Source: Dimorphilus gyrociliatus
Lineage: Eukaryota; Animalia; Annelida
DNA: 64,000 nucleotides
Direction: 5' to 3'
Assembly (NCBI GenBank): GCA_904063045.1
Contig: CAJFCJ010000004.1
Coordinates: 861,713-925,712 of the forward strand
The notes under the pieces are model-generated. The model was not told where the DNA came from, made no database searches, and was given only the letters and a program-made list of their open reading frames with translations. The position numbers were made by a program, and so were the translations under genes. This document shows positions 1 to 22,677 of this stretch, in pieces (within the stretch, counting starts at the first letter, position 1; every line of letters starts with the position of its first letter).

Positions 1-204
1 CCAAGGGTTTACAACTTTTAAGATATAAACTTGACACTCTCTAATTGTATTCAAACTTGAGCTCTTTAGACTATCTTTTTGTAAGATTCGCTTGAATCTC
101 GGTTTTAAGACGTTATCAAAATTCATAGGGTACAAAAAAAATTAGCTAATTGTGTTTTCAATAACAGCCGAAAACATCGAGGAGATGGGTAACTAGTTCA
201 AATA

Positions 205-3200
205 TCACAATATCCAATTTTGTAAGAGATCGATAAGTCTACCCTGATCTCTCTCTCCTATTGAAAATTTCTTCCTCCAATCCCAATAATATGCGCTCAT
301 CATCGCAAAAGAATAAGTAGATCCGATAGTTATTAAGCTGAGTATGGATAACAATGATAATCCACTTAAACCATGCCCCATTGTACATCCGCCGGCTATT
401 CTTGCCCCCAAAAAGAGAAATATACCACCAATGAACGCGTCAGATGCCTTTACACCTTTCACAATTTGAAATGAGTTTGATAAAGATGCTGAGTAGTAAG
501 ATCCTCCCGCAATGAAAATTGTGAAAACAATCTGTAAAAAAATTGAAATTGCTAAATCAACTAACTAGTAATTTAATATTTTAAGCCACAGGAACAGCCC
601 GAATCTGTCCTAGAAAGAAGACGTTTAGAGTATTGATTTGCCTTGCACTTTTACAAAATGCTATTATAGATTTTCTAACAGGTCAGATTGTTTTTGGACA
701 ACACCAAAGTTAACAGATAATGGCAAATCACTTAAAGAAATATTTCCTGCTTTGAAAAAAGATTTCCCATTTGAAATTTTTTTGTATGTTGTTTTCTTTA
801 CATACCTTGTTGTTGAAGGTGGAGGTAGGGGGAAAAGACATTGAATTTGATAACATAATGGTTCTGGATACAACTCTATAATAGTCAATATTTGTAGAAT
901 TTTGTACGATTGCGACAATTTGGTTTCTCAAAATTTGCATAAAAATGACTATTTGTAATCAGTTTACTATTATTTAGTCCATTTATTCGTGGAAAATTTG
1001 TCGAATCTAGCTAAAGAGTGCGCTTATTTACTAACTTTTCACTTAAATATGTGATCATGAAACAAATAACAGAAAGATTGCCTAGCCCCTTTGTCAACTA
1101 TTGCAATGTTAGGATTAATTCGATGAACCAAATTTACCTTTAATCTGGTTAAACAATTACTAATTTTATACCTGGATATGTTAAAGAGTTTTTAATTGCT
1201 ATGAATATCTTTCGAAACAAATAATTATTAAAGGATGGAAGCTTGATAAATTTCAAAGTAAATCTCTCAGTTCGTTTTTCATACAAAAAACAATGAATAC
1301 TAACAAAAAAGGTTGTAAAAAACACTATCCTTTTACAATAAGTACAAATGGATATGCTAAATTCATAAGTGTAAAAATAGCTGGATTTTACAATGATAAA
1401 CCTGTGAAAAAGTATGGATTATTTACTCGTTTTAAACTAGTAAGCGATCAAGACGATTAAAATCAAGAGGCAAATCTAGGCTACTGATATACGTAAGTAG
1501 AATTCAATCTTTGAAACAAAAAACATTACTGTTAAATAAAAGAAGAAATAGAATAAATTTAATTTGGAAAATTAATAAGAAAGAAAACATTTGAGATAAC
1601 TGTGTTTTATTTGACATGCACACGATTTTAGATCAATAAAATGCTTTGAAGCCAATGAAATTTTATATTGATTGATATGCCTGTACTCAGATTATCTTTT
1701 TGAATCCTTTTTTTGGTATAAGAGTCTCTTTTTCGCTTCTATTTCAGAAGTCGATTTATATAGCTCGAAATATACAGAAAAATGTAACAAATATTATAAC
1801 TTAATTCACATTAATGTTTTTTAATTTAACATTTTCTGAAGCTGTAATAATTAAATTTCCTAGTGTTTTGTACTTAATATTCCACTCTCCAGCAGATAAA
1901 ACCCCATCCTTTCCTCTCAATCCCTTCTATTCTTATATTAAAGCATGCAATCGGTATTTATACTTACAGGCCACACTGCATCAAACCAAGTATTAAATCG
2001 TTGACGTTCTTGGCAAAGTTTTCCCAAAGGTGTTTTACGAAGAAGTTTCGAGCAAATTATGGTAAGATTCTTCGAACAACCCATTAAGGTATCCACAGAA
2101 AACATATGCAAAACCTAAAAAGGATATTTTTAAAAAATAACGTTTTTCAAGTTTTCAATTAAAATAATAGAAAAAAAACTTATTCAAACACCTGAAAAAC
2201 ACCAACACAAACGCCAGCAGCGTATGGTGGCCAGGCCCTCATATGAAAGACAGTTGGAGCTCTCGTGTTCCTTGCCTTGTATACCTAAAATGAAAAATCA
2301 AAATAAAGCATAAAAATCTCCAAACGATTAATTCTGTATTACGCTTAATTCTTGTCGCCAAGAACTTAACATTTCAAAAGCAACAACCAACATCCCAAAC
2401 ATAACAGCAAGTGGTAAGCTTAGTCCAGCATAATTTCCAGATTTATACCTATTCCAAAATATGTCAATAAATACCCTACATCATATACACAAAGTAAAAG
2501 TATTAAAAATCATGAAACAGGTTATACACGTGCGCAAGATATTTAAGGTTGTCAACTTTCATGAAAACATTACCTTTATTACAACTTTAAAGGTAGATCA
2601 AATGTATTAAAACTAATATACTGTATATATATATATATATATATATATACTGTATATACAGTATATTATATCACATGAAGTATAAATTAATGCATTATTA
2701 AGGATATATATATAGCATTTAAAAAAAATAACTTAATTAAACTATTTATATTAATAACAACTGTTGAATTTGAAAGAGTTAAATGGGCTTATATATAATT
2801 TGTTAGTCAACTATAAAAATTTCTTATACTGTATATACTATATTCCAAATATAATTCTATAGTTATTGTTTACGTTCGAACTATTACTTACATTTGTTTA
2901 TGTTTAAAAATTCAATAAAGATCGGTTATTATTTGTTTTCATATATATCTTTAATTACACTTTCTGGCTTGCAATTTATTATCATGCTTGATCTTTCTGC
3001 TAAAAGTTTAGCCACTCAATATCAATAATCTCGTTGGTGAATTGCAAAAATTGGATTTATTATTTAATGTTACTATTGTCTTTCCAAAATATTAATTGTC
3101 GTTTTAGTTTTAAAGACTATAAGAAAGCATATAACAAACTTCGAAAAAAAATTCTCTTTTGCCTCATATTACATGTTTTACTATTGTGCTAAAAATGTTC

Positions 3201-4502
3201 AATGACCTTTAAATTGGAGAGTACTTTTACCTCTTTTTAATCATAAAACTTCAATTATCATGTCTACGATGCACAAAGCTGTCAACTACGACTCAATACC
3301 ATACTTTTTTTTGCTTAATAAAAACTCAGGCTAGTGACCTTTAATGAATTTAATATGATCCTTTAAATGTAGATGTCTATCACTTCTATACTCACGGGTT
3401 GGTTGGCGACGATTCACTTGTTTCCAAGTGCTTCCGCAGGGGAGTGATGAGACAGTAGATTAAAGTTCCAACACAAGCACCATACACAACAAACACTAAT
3501 AAGAATTGAATTGTTAATAGATACCAAAATAAGTTCAACACTCTCTTACTTGAATTAGGAACCATTGCTCCCACTTGAGACCATATTGTCATTGGGCAAG
3601 AACCGGAAAGAGAAAATCCAATACCCATCAGCATACCACCAAAAATAGAAGAAATAATACCTAATCTCGCAACTTGTAAATCTCGGAAATAGTTCGAAGT
3701 CACTCGTAAAAATGCTCCATTTGAACCGGAAATAAATGTGGATAAACTTAGAAAGAACATTCCTGAAATAGTAAATATTTTAGAGAGAATTTGAAATTAT
3801 CTTATTTCATTCAAACCAGATGCAATTCCAGAACAGGTAAATTTCAGAATTGAGCTTGTTTTTAACAGCATCTGATGACGAATTAATTTCGGTTCGTGCA
3901 CTGTCGAAATAAAATATATTAAATACATTTTTACACAAAAATAATCATTAAAAATATATGTAAGAAAGATATGTAGTATTAACAATGCTAAAATATACTA
4001 TAACATACACTTTACAGATAGTGTATGTATTTCATCAGACAAGTATCTTAATAAATAGATACTTTTATGATATAACAAGAATTTAGCATAAAGAAACAGT
4101 ATAAATTCAATACAATGAAAGAAAAGTGTTCGATTTAAACAGGATATTTCTTTATGTTAAGCAAAAGTGTAACCAAGTAAACGACTAAAAATTCACGTTC
4201 TATTTACACGATCTAAATTATGCATAAAATTTTGTAAAGGACAATTGTTTAACATTAAATAAAGATTAAAGGAAATAAAAATGAAAAAGGCAAAGTATAA
4301 TGTTCTATTCAAGAAATATTGAATTTAGAAAGTTCCACAAAAAATGTTGATTTTTTCCTTCTTATTTATATACACAATTCAATATTTTTTACACCGTCCC
4401 CTGTAAAAAAGAGTGTTGATTACCTCGACATTTTTCAATAACAAATCCGAGTACAAAACCAGATAAAATAATGATAAATGTTTTACAAATGGAGCGAATC
4501 AT
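205..4502 (-). CDS. YeeE/YedE-family (Sulf_transp, TsuA-like) sulfur/thiosulfate transporter, ~382 aa, 8 coding exons
   Basis: Exons 4502-4424, 3900-3817, 3762-3550, 3495-3396, 2448-2343, 2284-2192, 2114-1968, 531-205. All introns are GT-AG and phase-compatible; total 1149 nt with no internal stop. Translation shows family motifs: SGFVLGFVIEKCRVHEPKLIRHQM, GGMLMGIGFSLSGSCPMT, AWPPYAAGVCVGVFQ, GGIFLFLGARIAGGCTMGHGLSG, and many TM segments. Family assignment is from motif recognition, not a database search. Confidence 0.9.
2624..2649. repeat. (TA)n microsatellite
   Basis: About 13 TA units seen directly. Confidence 0.9.
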
Positions 4503-6672
4503 CTTGGAAAAACTTATATTATCGCCCGTTATTAGAATTTTCCGTTTTGAATTATTTTGTCATTCCTCTGCACGATCGTCAGTTCGCTCCGATTAACTTT
4601 ATCGATTGATTAATCAAAAGATTAAATAATTTGCGAGATTTGCATAATCGACTGACTACCCATAAAGAAGTATTCTGGCAATCAGAGCTCTGTTAACTTT
4701 ATTAAATATTTTTTTATAATTTTTAAAAATTCAATATATATTTTTATATATAATTTTATGTGATTAACGAAGACAATTTTAATCATTAATAATATTTTTT
4801 TTAGAAATTTGCGATTATGTGATGTGATTGCTGATTCACTGGATTTATAACAAAAATTTATTGTATCGCCAGAGCTGATTGGTTGGTAGGAAATTCCACA
4901 GAAAATGCTCTCACAGTCTACGCTTAGAATTGCATGTGGAAGTTTATTGAATAAAATGTTCCAGCAAGAAATTCAAGTCAATTAATTTGAAATCGATTAC
5001 AATTTTAGAGGGACTTGATTATATAATTATCAATCCTCTCTTTTGCTGATTTATTTGGTAAGTAAAATCTTTAATAATGGATTAATGGGCGTAATCGTCG
5101 ACGCTATGATAATTCGATTATAGACCTTAAAACGTTCCACGTGGTAAAACCTCAATTTATAATCTTTCAATAAATGTGTTATGTGTCAACTGACAAAATC
5201 TTGAACATGGACTACCATAATGTACAATTTCTGAAAAAATGGAGCTAGGGCTGATATTGTCTCAAGCAGGTTCTAGCAAGTTTTTGTTGGATTACTGCAT
5301 ATTTTATATATAAAAAGAAGTGGATCTGGATAATCTTTTCTGATTTATGATTATAGCTTCAAATCCATGCTTTATCGTCTTTTAAATTTCTAACCGATTT
5401 TGTTGGAATTTATAAATTATTATAGTATTCGATTACAGCCATCGATCTTCATTGATGGAGCTTCACCGTTCCTTGTTTTATTCTTTAGGCTTTGGTCATA
5501 ATATATAGTTAGCGATATATTACACATTAATAGATACTTTATGTATCAGGACAACACGAACTCATGTACTGCGATAAAACGTAAATACATCAGCCTCAGA
5601 CTAATTAATATATGCCACTGGAAATATTACCAATTTAATTTAATCGATTTGTTACAGTCTATATAAAATATTTTTTAATACTACATATAGTGGTGACAGA
5701 TTTTCCCCATCCTTATTATCATTTTATCCGCCTATTTCCAAAGTCTAACTTATTCAACACAGTTGTATACTAGAATCGATACGGGAATTATCTATCAAAT
5801 CTATAATGTGAGTTATCAGACTCTTATCATTTAAAAAAAATTATTGAGATGTAATGATGGTTAATATTAAAATTAGTTATATGTGCTTTATTCGGTTTAT
5901 ATATTTTTTGTAGATTATATGAATAACATTGTATTGATGACCATGAAGTATAATTCATTTAATTCAAGTGGCCTTATCCATTGAGCTGCCTATTTGTATT
6001 TTCGCTACAAAAGTCTGCCTTAGACGATGTTAGACAAAGATTTCCAGACCATTCTGAATTCACTGCTTCAAAAGGATATATTTGGGTGATATATTCAAGA
6101 TTACGCTTACTTTTAAATTGGTGACCATAGTTGAGTCTTTTCAGTATTGTGTTTGTTATGACAGGCCTATCTTAGATAGTCATATGAAATGGCTGAAATA
6201 TTCACCTAACAATAATATGGCTTTTATGTATTTTTTTGGGTGCTTGTACCTAAAATTTATTGCGCTGCTATAATATGTTTATTTAAATTAAGTGAGACTT
6301 TGAAACAATAGTCCATCTTCAAAGATGAAGTTCGTTGAACTTATCGGCCTGAATTTGATAATGTTTGATATTCATTATAGCAAAAAAACTGACATACTTT
6401 TAAAAAAATTTACAAGAATAGGTTAAATTGTTGTCCTATAAAACAAACAGCAAAACTAATTAAGGATATCAGAGAAAGTGAGTGAGATGTATAAGTAGAA
6501 AGTAATGATAAGAATTCAATAATTTTATACATCTTTTTATCTAGCAATCTTTTCCCGGGGTCTTAATGCAGAAATTGCTTTCTAATTGAAATATTACAGT
6601 ACATGCATTTACATATCGTATGTCAATTTATTAAACGTAAGATCCATGTTACCTAGAATATATGAGCCAGAT

Positions 6673-6725
6673 TATCACGTCATGTGATATCAGTACATTC
6701 GTCGCTGATTGACTGCGGTCAATCA
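6673..6725. promoter_or_regulatory. Putative ERR proximal promoter palindromes
   Basis: TATCACGTCATGTGATA (6673-6689, CRE/E-box-like imperfect palindrome) and the inverted repeat TGATTGAC-tgcg-GTCAATCA (6706-6725), about 300 bp upstream of the ERR ATG. Confidence 0.4.
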
Positions 6726-6925
6726 ACGTCTATAACAACTGATAAATAACCTTAAAAAAGTGAAAAATCTCCAGAATATGTCTCTTATCTTAGTAGTTAG
6801 ACTTCAAACTTATAAATTGATAAAGAACGCATTTTAAACCCGACTTTGACAAAAGAATAGTAGCAGGTGTACCTGATTAATTACGTCCGTTAAGAGTAAT
6901 AGAATAAGTGGTGGATCGATTATAG

Positions 6926-15579
<8,654 letters not shown>

Positions 15580-18500
15580 TAATGACTTGTGTAAAAAAAA
15601 TTTATTTGTGTCCTTTGTTGGTTTTTTTCTGTTAGGAGACTTCCTCTATCTCACCTATTTGTTCTCTTGTGCTTTTTGTTTTTTGAGTAGAGTTTTTTAC
15701 CTGCAGATGTAGAAGCACGATGTTGTTTGATAGGAAGATTTGTATGCGTGAGTCCTATTTTATATAAGTTTTTTGCAAATATTGTTGATTTTTTTGGTTG
15801 TAATACATCTGTACAGAACTGAACAATAATTAACGTTCAGAACGTTGATTGGATATTAGTAAATCGAATGTCTTTAAAAAAGGTCATCAATTGATAAGGT
15901 AAAGGATAATCAACAATTGATTTTAGTCCAGAATATTTTGTAAAAAGTGTACATTTAACATATTATTTGCAACGTCCTGTAATTATATATTTCCTTTCAG
16001 TACAACCAGTATCTAATGCACATATTTCTTCAAAATGAGCAAATAAATAATACTTTTTTATAATTAAATTTACATTTTATATTTTTTAAATGATTTCTTC
16101 AACTAGCCGAATCTCTTTCTATTCAGTTAGAGAAATGAAGAGGGTTGTATTTACAATCGAATCCCTTTGAATACATAATAAAAAGTGAGAAAAAGGGGAA
16201 AAGAAAACGTTCTACTTTCTCCTCTAGTAAAGTTTTATTAATTCTGTTGAAAATGTGAAAGGGTTGATGCCTCTTACACAAAATTATACGCTTCGTTCCC
16301 TCAATTTCATCAATTAAAGTGAAAAATTGTACTTTTCCCTAGTCAATTCAATAAGACTGACAGCATTTCATGTATAAAGACTGACGATATTTTATCTATA
16401 AAAGAAAAAACATATAATTAACTGAAGCGTGAAAGAAACATAGAAAGATGAGAAGAGAGAGAAGATACATATATTTCTGTATTATTCATTTATGTTGTAC
16501 CTAATTGAACTTTAATAATTTTTATTATACCTATACGCATAATTCTAGGTTAGCTACATTTAGTTTTACGCATTTTTCGTAATACAAAAGAGTGCAGAAA
16601 ATGTAAAAGTACAATTATCCATAAAAGAATAAGAAAAGATTGCAAATGCAAAAAAAAATCTATTCTTTTGCTTACAAAAAAGGATAATCTATTTAAAGAG
16701 AAGCTTAATTATTTCAACAATAATTCCTTTATTTTCCGATAAAAAAGTGTAACGGAGGAAAGAATAACCCGAGTGTTTAGGTACGTAATTTTACACATTG
16801 AATAAATATAGTTTATTTTATACAATGATTTACATCAAAAGGCCGGCTTTTGACAATGTTATAGTTTTATTTAAAAATTTTCACCTATCTTTTAGTCAAT
16901 TCTCTCTTCAATGTTATCTTTCTTTTATATAATTAATCTTTTAAAAGAATCTTTTAAAAGAGAAATTGCATAAAAACAGCATTCCTTATTTAACGAAAAG
17001 CTAATATGATTATATTAAGAGAGAGTTTTTTATATTATAAATTCCAACAGTTGTGTTCTGGTTACGGATAAATTTTTCATGAGAGTTTGATTTAAACAGT
17101 AGGGTCAGTTTGGGGTAAGATCGTCAAAAACAGAGGTAACCTTTTTAACTTGAGAAATTTAACATTTTCAAATAGATTATCTTCCCAAGTTTTATAATAG
17201 GAGTTCTACAATTACCTGAAATTCTGCTCTAGTTTAATATCTCAAGGGATGTTTTTCTATCTCCATTTTTATAAAAGATCTTTTTATTATTCTATTTTCT
17301 TTCTTTCTTTTTCTTTTTTTTTAATTCTTTAGAAACATTTTATAAAGAAAAAATCGCCTTTTTCGCATAACAGTAATACAATATGGAGTCTATACATCGA
17401 TAATGTATTGGAACGAAGAACAACAAGAAGAGGAAGAGAAAAAAGAGGGAGAAGAATAAGAGAAAAGAAGCAAAGCTTTTCTCTCTATTCAATGTTATTA
17501 CAATGCTACAAATAGTTTAGAATTTAACGTATTAATACAATAAATCAATAGAAATAATTCTAGTTTTCTAGAAAAATAGCTGGAAGAAATTATAAAAAGT
17601 CGGATTTTAATTCGATAAATATACACATAGTCATTTTTTTTTTAATTAAATAACAAAAACTAAGACTTATTAGCTCTTCGCTAGTTTTCCTTCTAGTTCT
17701 AGGGAAATACGTTGGACTATATTACAAAAAATGTATATATTATACGTAATATATAGAGTAGAATATTATAAAACTTTATTTAGTTATTTCCTTAATAGCC
17801 TGTGAGAAACCCTTCAACGTTATGAAATCTTGTAGAAAGTATATTAATTTTTGGATCACATTATTTTCCTTTAGAAAGCTTTCATCTGTTTGATTAGAAA
17901 TGAATATTGAAAGGATTATTTACTTATTAAAAATATTCTACCCTTCCTCTAATCTCTTATCAAAATATATATTAATTATATTTAATGAGAGGCTATATTT
18001 TATATAAAATCTATAGAAAAATCGTGTAATCACCTATCTTTGTCTTATTTCGCTTCATTGGAATAAACTATATAGCAAATATTTATACAGAAACTAATCG
18101 AAAACCCACTTCACTCGTCTGTCTTTTGACAAACTACGAAGACTTCAGATGAGGGAGAGAGAGAGAGGGAAAGCGGAAAAGGAGAAAAAGTAAACGAGCA
18201 AGAGAGTGACGGAGGGAGTAAGTGAATAAAAAGAAAATGAAGAAAAAAAAAGAAAGCCACTTTTGCAGTTCATCTTCCACTGTCATATTTGTTTGTCTAT
18301 ATGTTTTGACGAAAAATACTATGCATGTAATAAAGTTCTGCATTTGACAAAACTGTATTACTGCAAGATTAGTAATTCTTTTGTTCTCTTTAAATTGATT
18401 GTTAAAAGATATTTGCTTTTTATAAATATTTGATTGTGAATGTAAATAATGAGTTAATTGTATATACGTATGAAAAAATTAACGACTGCCTCATTATATA

Positions 18501-19368
18501 TTGATAATTCATTATGATAAAATGAATAGGCTTTTAAGAAATGACAAGAGAAAGAGTAGCAAGGATACAGAAATTGAGAGTGAGAGAGAGAGAAAGAAAG
18601 AAGGACAGAGATACAGAGACAGAGAAAGACAGATATAGATAGAACGGAACAGCCGAACGGTATTAAGTAGTGGCAGAAAGATTACATTAAATGTCATACT
18701 ATGTACGAGAAATTTTCTAGTGTTTCTAACCATGTGCATGACATCTACATAAACGGTTAGAAAGGTTGGATAAAGTGGTGTATATTTCACCGCAGACTAC
18801 GGAATATTTATATAACAAAGAAACGGGTATTTCTAAAAAAATAGATAATATTTGTTACATTTATTCGACATAAGTAAATTATTCTTAATATTTTTATATA
18901 TGAATAATCTACTAAATTTTTTATACCCTTACTATAAATCGCTAAATAAGTCAAAATCGCTCATTGACTGGGTTTGTGTTCATTCATAAATCTATTTTAT
19001 GGATAAAGGATTTTCTCTTTTTTTAAGTATATCCCCGTTCAATAAATACTTTAAATGAATATTTCCATTATCCTTGTCGATTATATTTAATCTTAGCCTT
19101 TGTATACAATAAACCGATTCAGTAGTATAATCCGTAAGAACGACTGTAAATTCGAAATTTTTTATCCTTGGTGAACAAGATTCGTCTAGTGTTTGTCTAA
19201 TACTATTAAGAAGATATTCCTAATCAGATAACGGACTGTAAAGTGAAAGAATATGAATTGCATATCTTTAAGTATTGTTACAATGTGAAAGTTCTTGTAA
19301 TTTTAAATAAAGTTGAACAAAAATTTATTAGCCCCGCTAAAGTTTTTACATTTTTCACTTTCAGTCAG

Positions 19369-19993
19369 TTATGGTTTAGGCAGTACGTAGTCAGAAGGAA
19401 GTTGGGTTTTAGTTCTCTTTCCAAAGAAGGCGTAGAGAACCTCAGCCGCAGCAGAAATCGTGGTAAATTGGTCTCGTTGAGAGCCAAGATCAGGGTTTAT
19501 TTCGACTAAGTCAATTCCAGTAACTTTATTTGTTAACGCGATTTCCTCCACAAGAAACATACCTGTTGGAAGAGAGGAAAATATAGAAAAAGGTTAAAGA
19601 TTTTAATTAGAGAGTAAATCATCTTTTGCACGTAGCTGGAGTAATCTCTACGAATAAGGAAAGCCTTTAAAATAATGAATGCATTGACTTAATTTAGAAG
19701 GTAAATAGAAAGAGAATGAGAAACGAATAGGATTATTTATAAGGTTATTAATACTTTAACATTTTACCGTTTAGTAGCCCCAATTACTAATACTAAACGT
19801 TTATGTTCTCTTAAGAAAAACCATAGAAATAGCAACTACCCTTTCTAGCTTGATCGTTCTATTTTACAGAACAGAGAGATACGACGGTCTACCAATGGAA
19901 CGATTATTATTTGCATTTACCTAGAAAGTAAATAATCGTAAAAAGACAATAATACTCTATATGATAAAAATAATCAATTTTCTCTTCTGTGTT

Positions 19994-20024
<31 letters not shown>

Positions 20025-22677
20025 TCTACATAAATCTACTTCAAAATGACCCTTATTTTTCAATAAAATTCATTAATTTGCATGAATTCACTTATTAGCA
20101 GTTTTTAGTCAACTTTATATATATTTAACAGATAAATGTCTATTGCATGACATTTTCTAAAATTAACATGCTTAAATAAAGAAGGTCAAGGCTTTTAATA
20201 CACTTTTTTTATCAGGCATAAAAGTGTGATTCAAGGTCTTGTGAGACTTAAAAAAAGAGAGATAGTATTTTAGATCGATTAGAGGATAGAAATCCGTACG
20301 ATAGCTTTTCTATCTGTAAAAGGATTTCTATATAAAACATACTCTATTCTGTTTGTATCCTTGAGGGCATTTAAGAAAAATGAATGATATTTTAAAAAAA
20401 AAGAGAAAAAAAATATAATGTTATAAACCTTCGCGAAGACTCAGTCCATAGGGTACTGGTGTTCCAGTACTTGGAGCAAATGCAGGATCAAGTGAATCAA
20501 TATCAAAACTCATATGAATTTTCTTATTCAGCGTTGGATTTATTGCTTCTATGGTTCTTTCTAGAACGCATTCCATACCGAGTTTGTCAATATCTCGCAT
20601 AGTAAACGTAGTAATATTGTATTTGTCGATAATGTATCTTTCAGCTTTATCAATGTCTCTCACTCCTACAAAGAAAAAGGTCCATTATTTTCATATGCTT
20701 TCTCTTTATACAATACTTAATAATTCCTTCCTATCCAAAGAGAGAAACCTCATTTATAATTTGTTATAATCAACACGAAAAAAAAAAGAAACGCTAAGCA
20801 TTGCAAACTCTATCAATGTATTTATGAATTCATTTGATATAATTAGAGAAAGATGAGCCGAAATAATAGTAAAAGAATCATTAAATTAGATAAATTCTTA
20901 GACATTTAATTGAGTTCATGAGATATATTTTAGTGACTATCATAGTACAGTCATGTGTGAAATAGTAAATGAGAACACATGTCTGATAAGATTAAGGAAG
21001 ACTAAAGTACTTTTCGACTAAAATAAATTAATTAATTATTAATATAGGGATTTACCCTAAATTATGAGAGGAAGAAAATGCGATTGTCTTGAATAAATAT
21101 TGAATTTCTATCATTTCGTATTCAATAAAATAACTAAAAATTTCCGGTGTATGTCATTAACAAACCTATAAAAGCGATGTCCTTTACGCTTATGCATGGT
21201 TTTAACCACTCAAAACCCGGTAATTTTGGTACGTATGGTTGAAGCTCCTTAGTTAGAAAAGATAGTGGCATGCCATGAATATTCCCACTAGCAGATGTTA
21301 AAGGAGTATTGATATCTGGATGTGCATCAATCCAAATAATAGCTAAATCATTTTCGACCTTCGCGTGGCCATGTATTGTAGCAACAGACATACTATGATC
21401 CCCTCCTAAAGTGACTACAGTTTGACCACATCTTAATATTTCTTCAACTTTATCGGATATCTGTACCAATGTCATGAAAATATTTTTAGTTAATTAAAGC
21501 TTGTAGACCCTATTTTCAGGCTTATCATCTCAACCGTAAATTGACCCTACAATAAGACTACTAATTAAATATGTCAAAACCTATCTGGCCAACAGTTTAG
21601 AGTCTATTTCTTTTTATTTTTATGTCTTGAAATGAAAGAAGACAATATACTCGAAAAGGCACTTTCCTAAATTCGAATCTGCGCAATGCGAAAGTTAATT
21701 GAATTTGAAGTTTTTTCTCTACCTGTTTTGCAGCTTTTCCAATTGTCCTAGGTGTTTGTATATTGTAGATTGCTGTATCATTGGGTACAGCTTCAAATTT
21801 TAGATCGCCATGGTCAATAACTTCGTGACCCATTAATGACAAGTTCTTTATGAGATTCACATTTCTCAAAGCTTCTGGAGCATACTTAACTCCTGGTCTT
21901 GGCTGAAAATGTACTCTATTTAATTCTAATAGCTTGTATTTCATTAATAATAGATTAGGGGAATTTATTAGTCACACTAAGCGTTCTTTTTCTCCAGGTT
22001 AGAACAGTATAATTTAATTGGAAGATTTTCAAGAAAATAGAAAGTTAGAAAGAAAGTGAAAAGTTCGTTATAGCCTAATTTAAGTACAATTTAAAATTGC
22101 AACAGTATAAATAAGAACTCTCTCTTCCAGTTCAATAGTGAATAGTTCAAAATGAAAGTGTTATATAAGAATATACTTTTGTATTGAATAAGTAACAAAC
22201 TGTAGTAAAAGAAAGAAGGGTGCTTTTTATATAAATAAAACTCACAGCACAACATAATAAAAATATAAGATTCATTAAGATAATAATCAATTTTTATCAA
22301 AATTTTATTCTCTGTTTTTAAAATTATCGTTAGATTACATAATGAGTTATTGCGAAATTCTCTTCGATATAAAAACAACTATATATCGTTACCTGTTTAC
22401 TATAATAAAATTTATCACTTTCTTTAGTACTTACCAAAATATTTTCGACTCTTATTTGTGTTTTGTAATATCAAATATTTAAGATAATCTACCAAGCAAT
22501 TTATAGAAAATAAACAACAAATAATATCAATTTTTAATAATGCGCCATAAAAAAACTGAATATACTCACTTGACCTTTATTAAAAGGGGCACCGAATACA
22601 CCAATGGGTCGATTTGTTGAATAGTATCTTCTACATATATTTATGAATCTTATATTTCTTGAATTAAATAGAAACAT
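19369..22677 (-). CDS. ARG: Arginase (binuclear Mn ureohydrolase) with probable mitochondrial presequence, ~337 aa, 5 exons
   Basis: Exons 22677-22570, 21902-21723, 21460-21166, 20665-20429, 19562-19369 (1014 nt), all GT-AG and in phase. Metal and catalytic motifs are intact: GGDHS, DAHPD, SGNIHGMP, SFDIDSLDP, VEINP. The N-terminus MFLFNSRNIRFINICRRYYS is Arg-rich with no acidic residues. Confidence 0.95.

Noticed and set aside
638-1460. Overlapping ORFs and splice-like sites on both strands in transporter intron 7
   Set aside because: No exon chain gave a long in-phase product, and no family was recognisable. The transporter frame is complete without them.
18723-18763. Hairpin TTTCTAACC...GGTTAGAAA as a possible pre-miRNA
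   Set aside because: The stem is only 9+4 bp, and I recognised no conserved mature miRNA.
22571-22579. Perfect ERRE in arginase
   Set aside because: It lies in coding sequence (N-K-G-Q codons) at the exon end, so coding constraint explains it.
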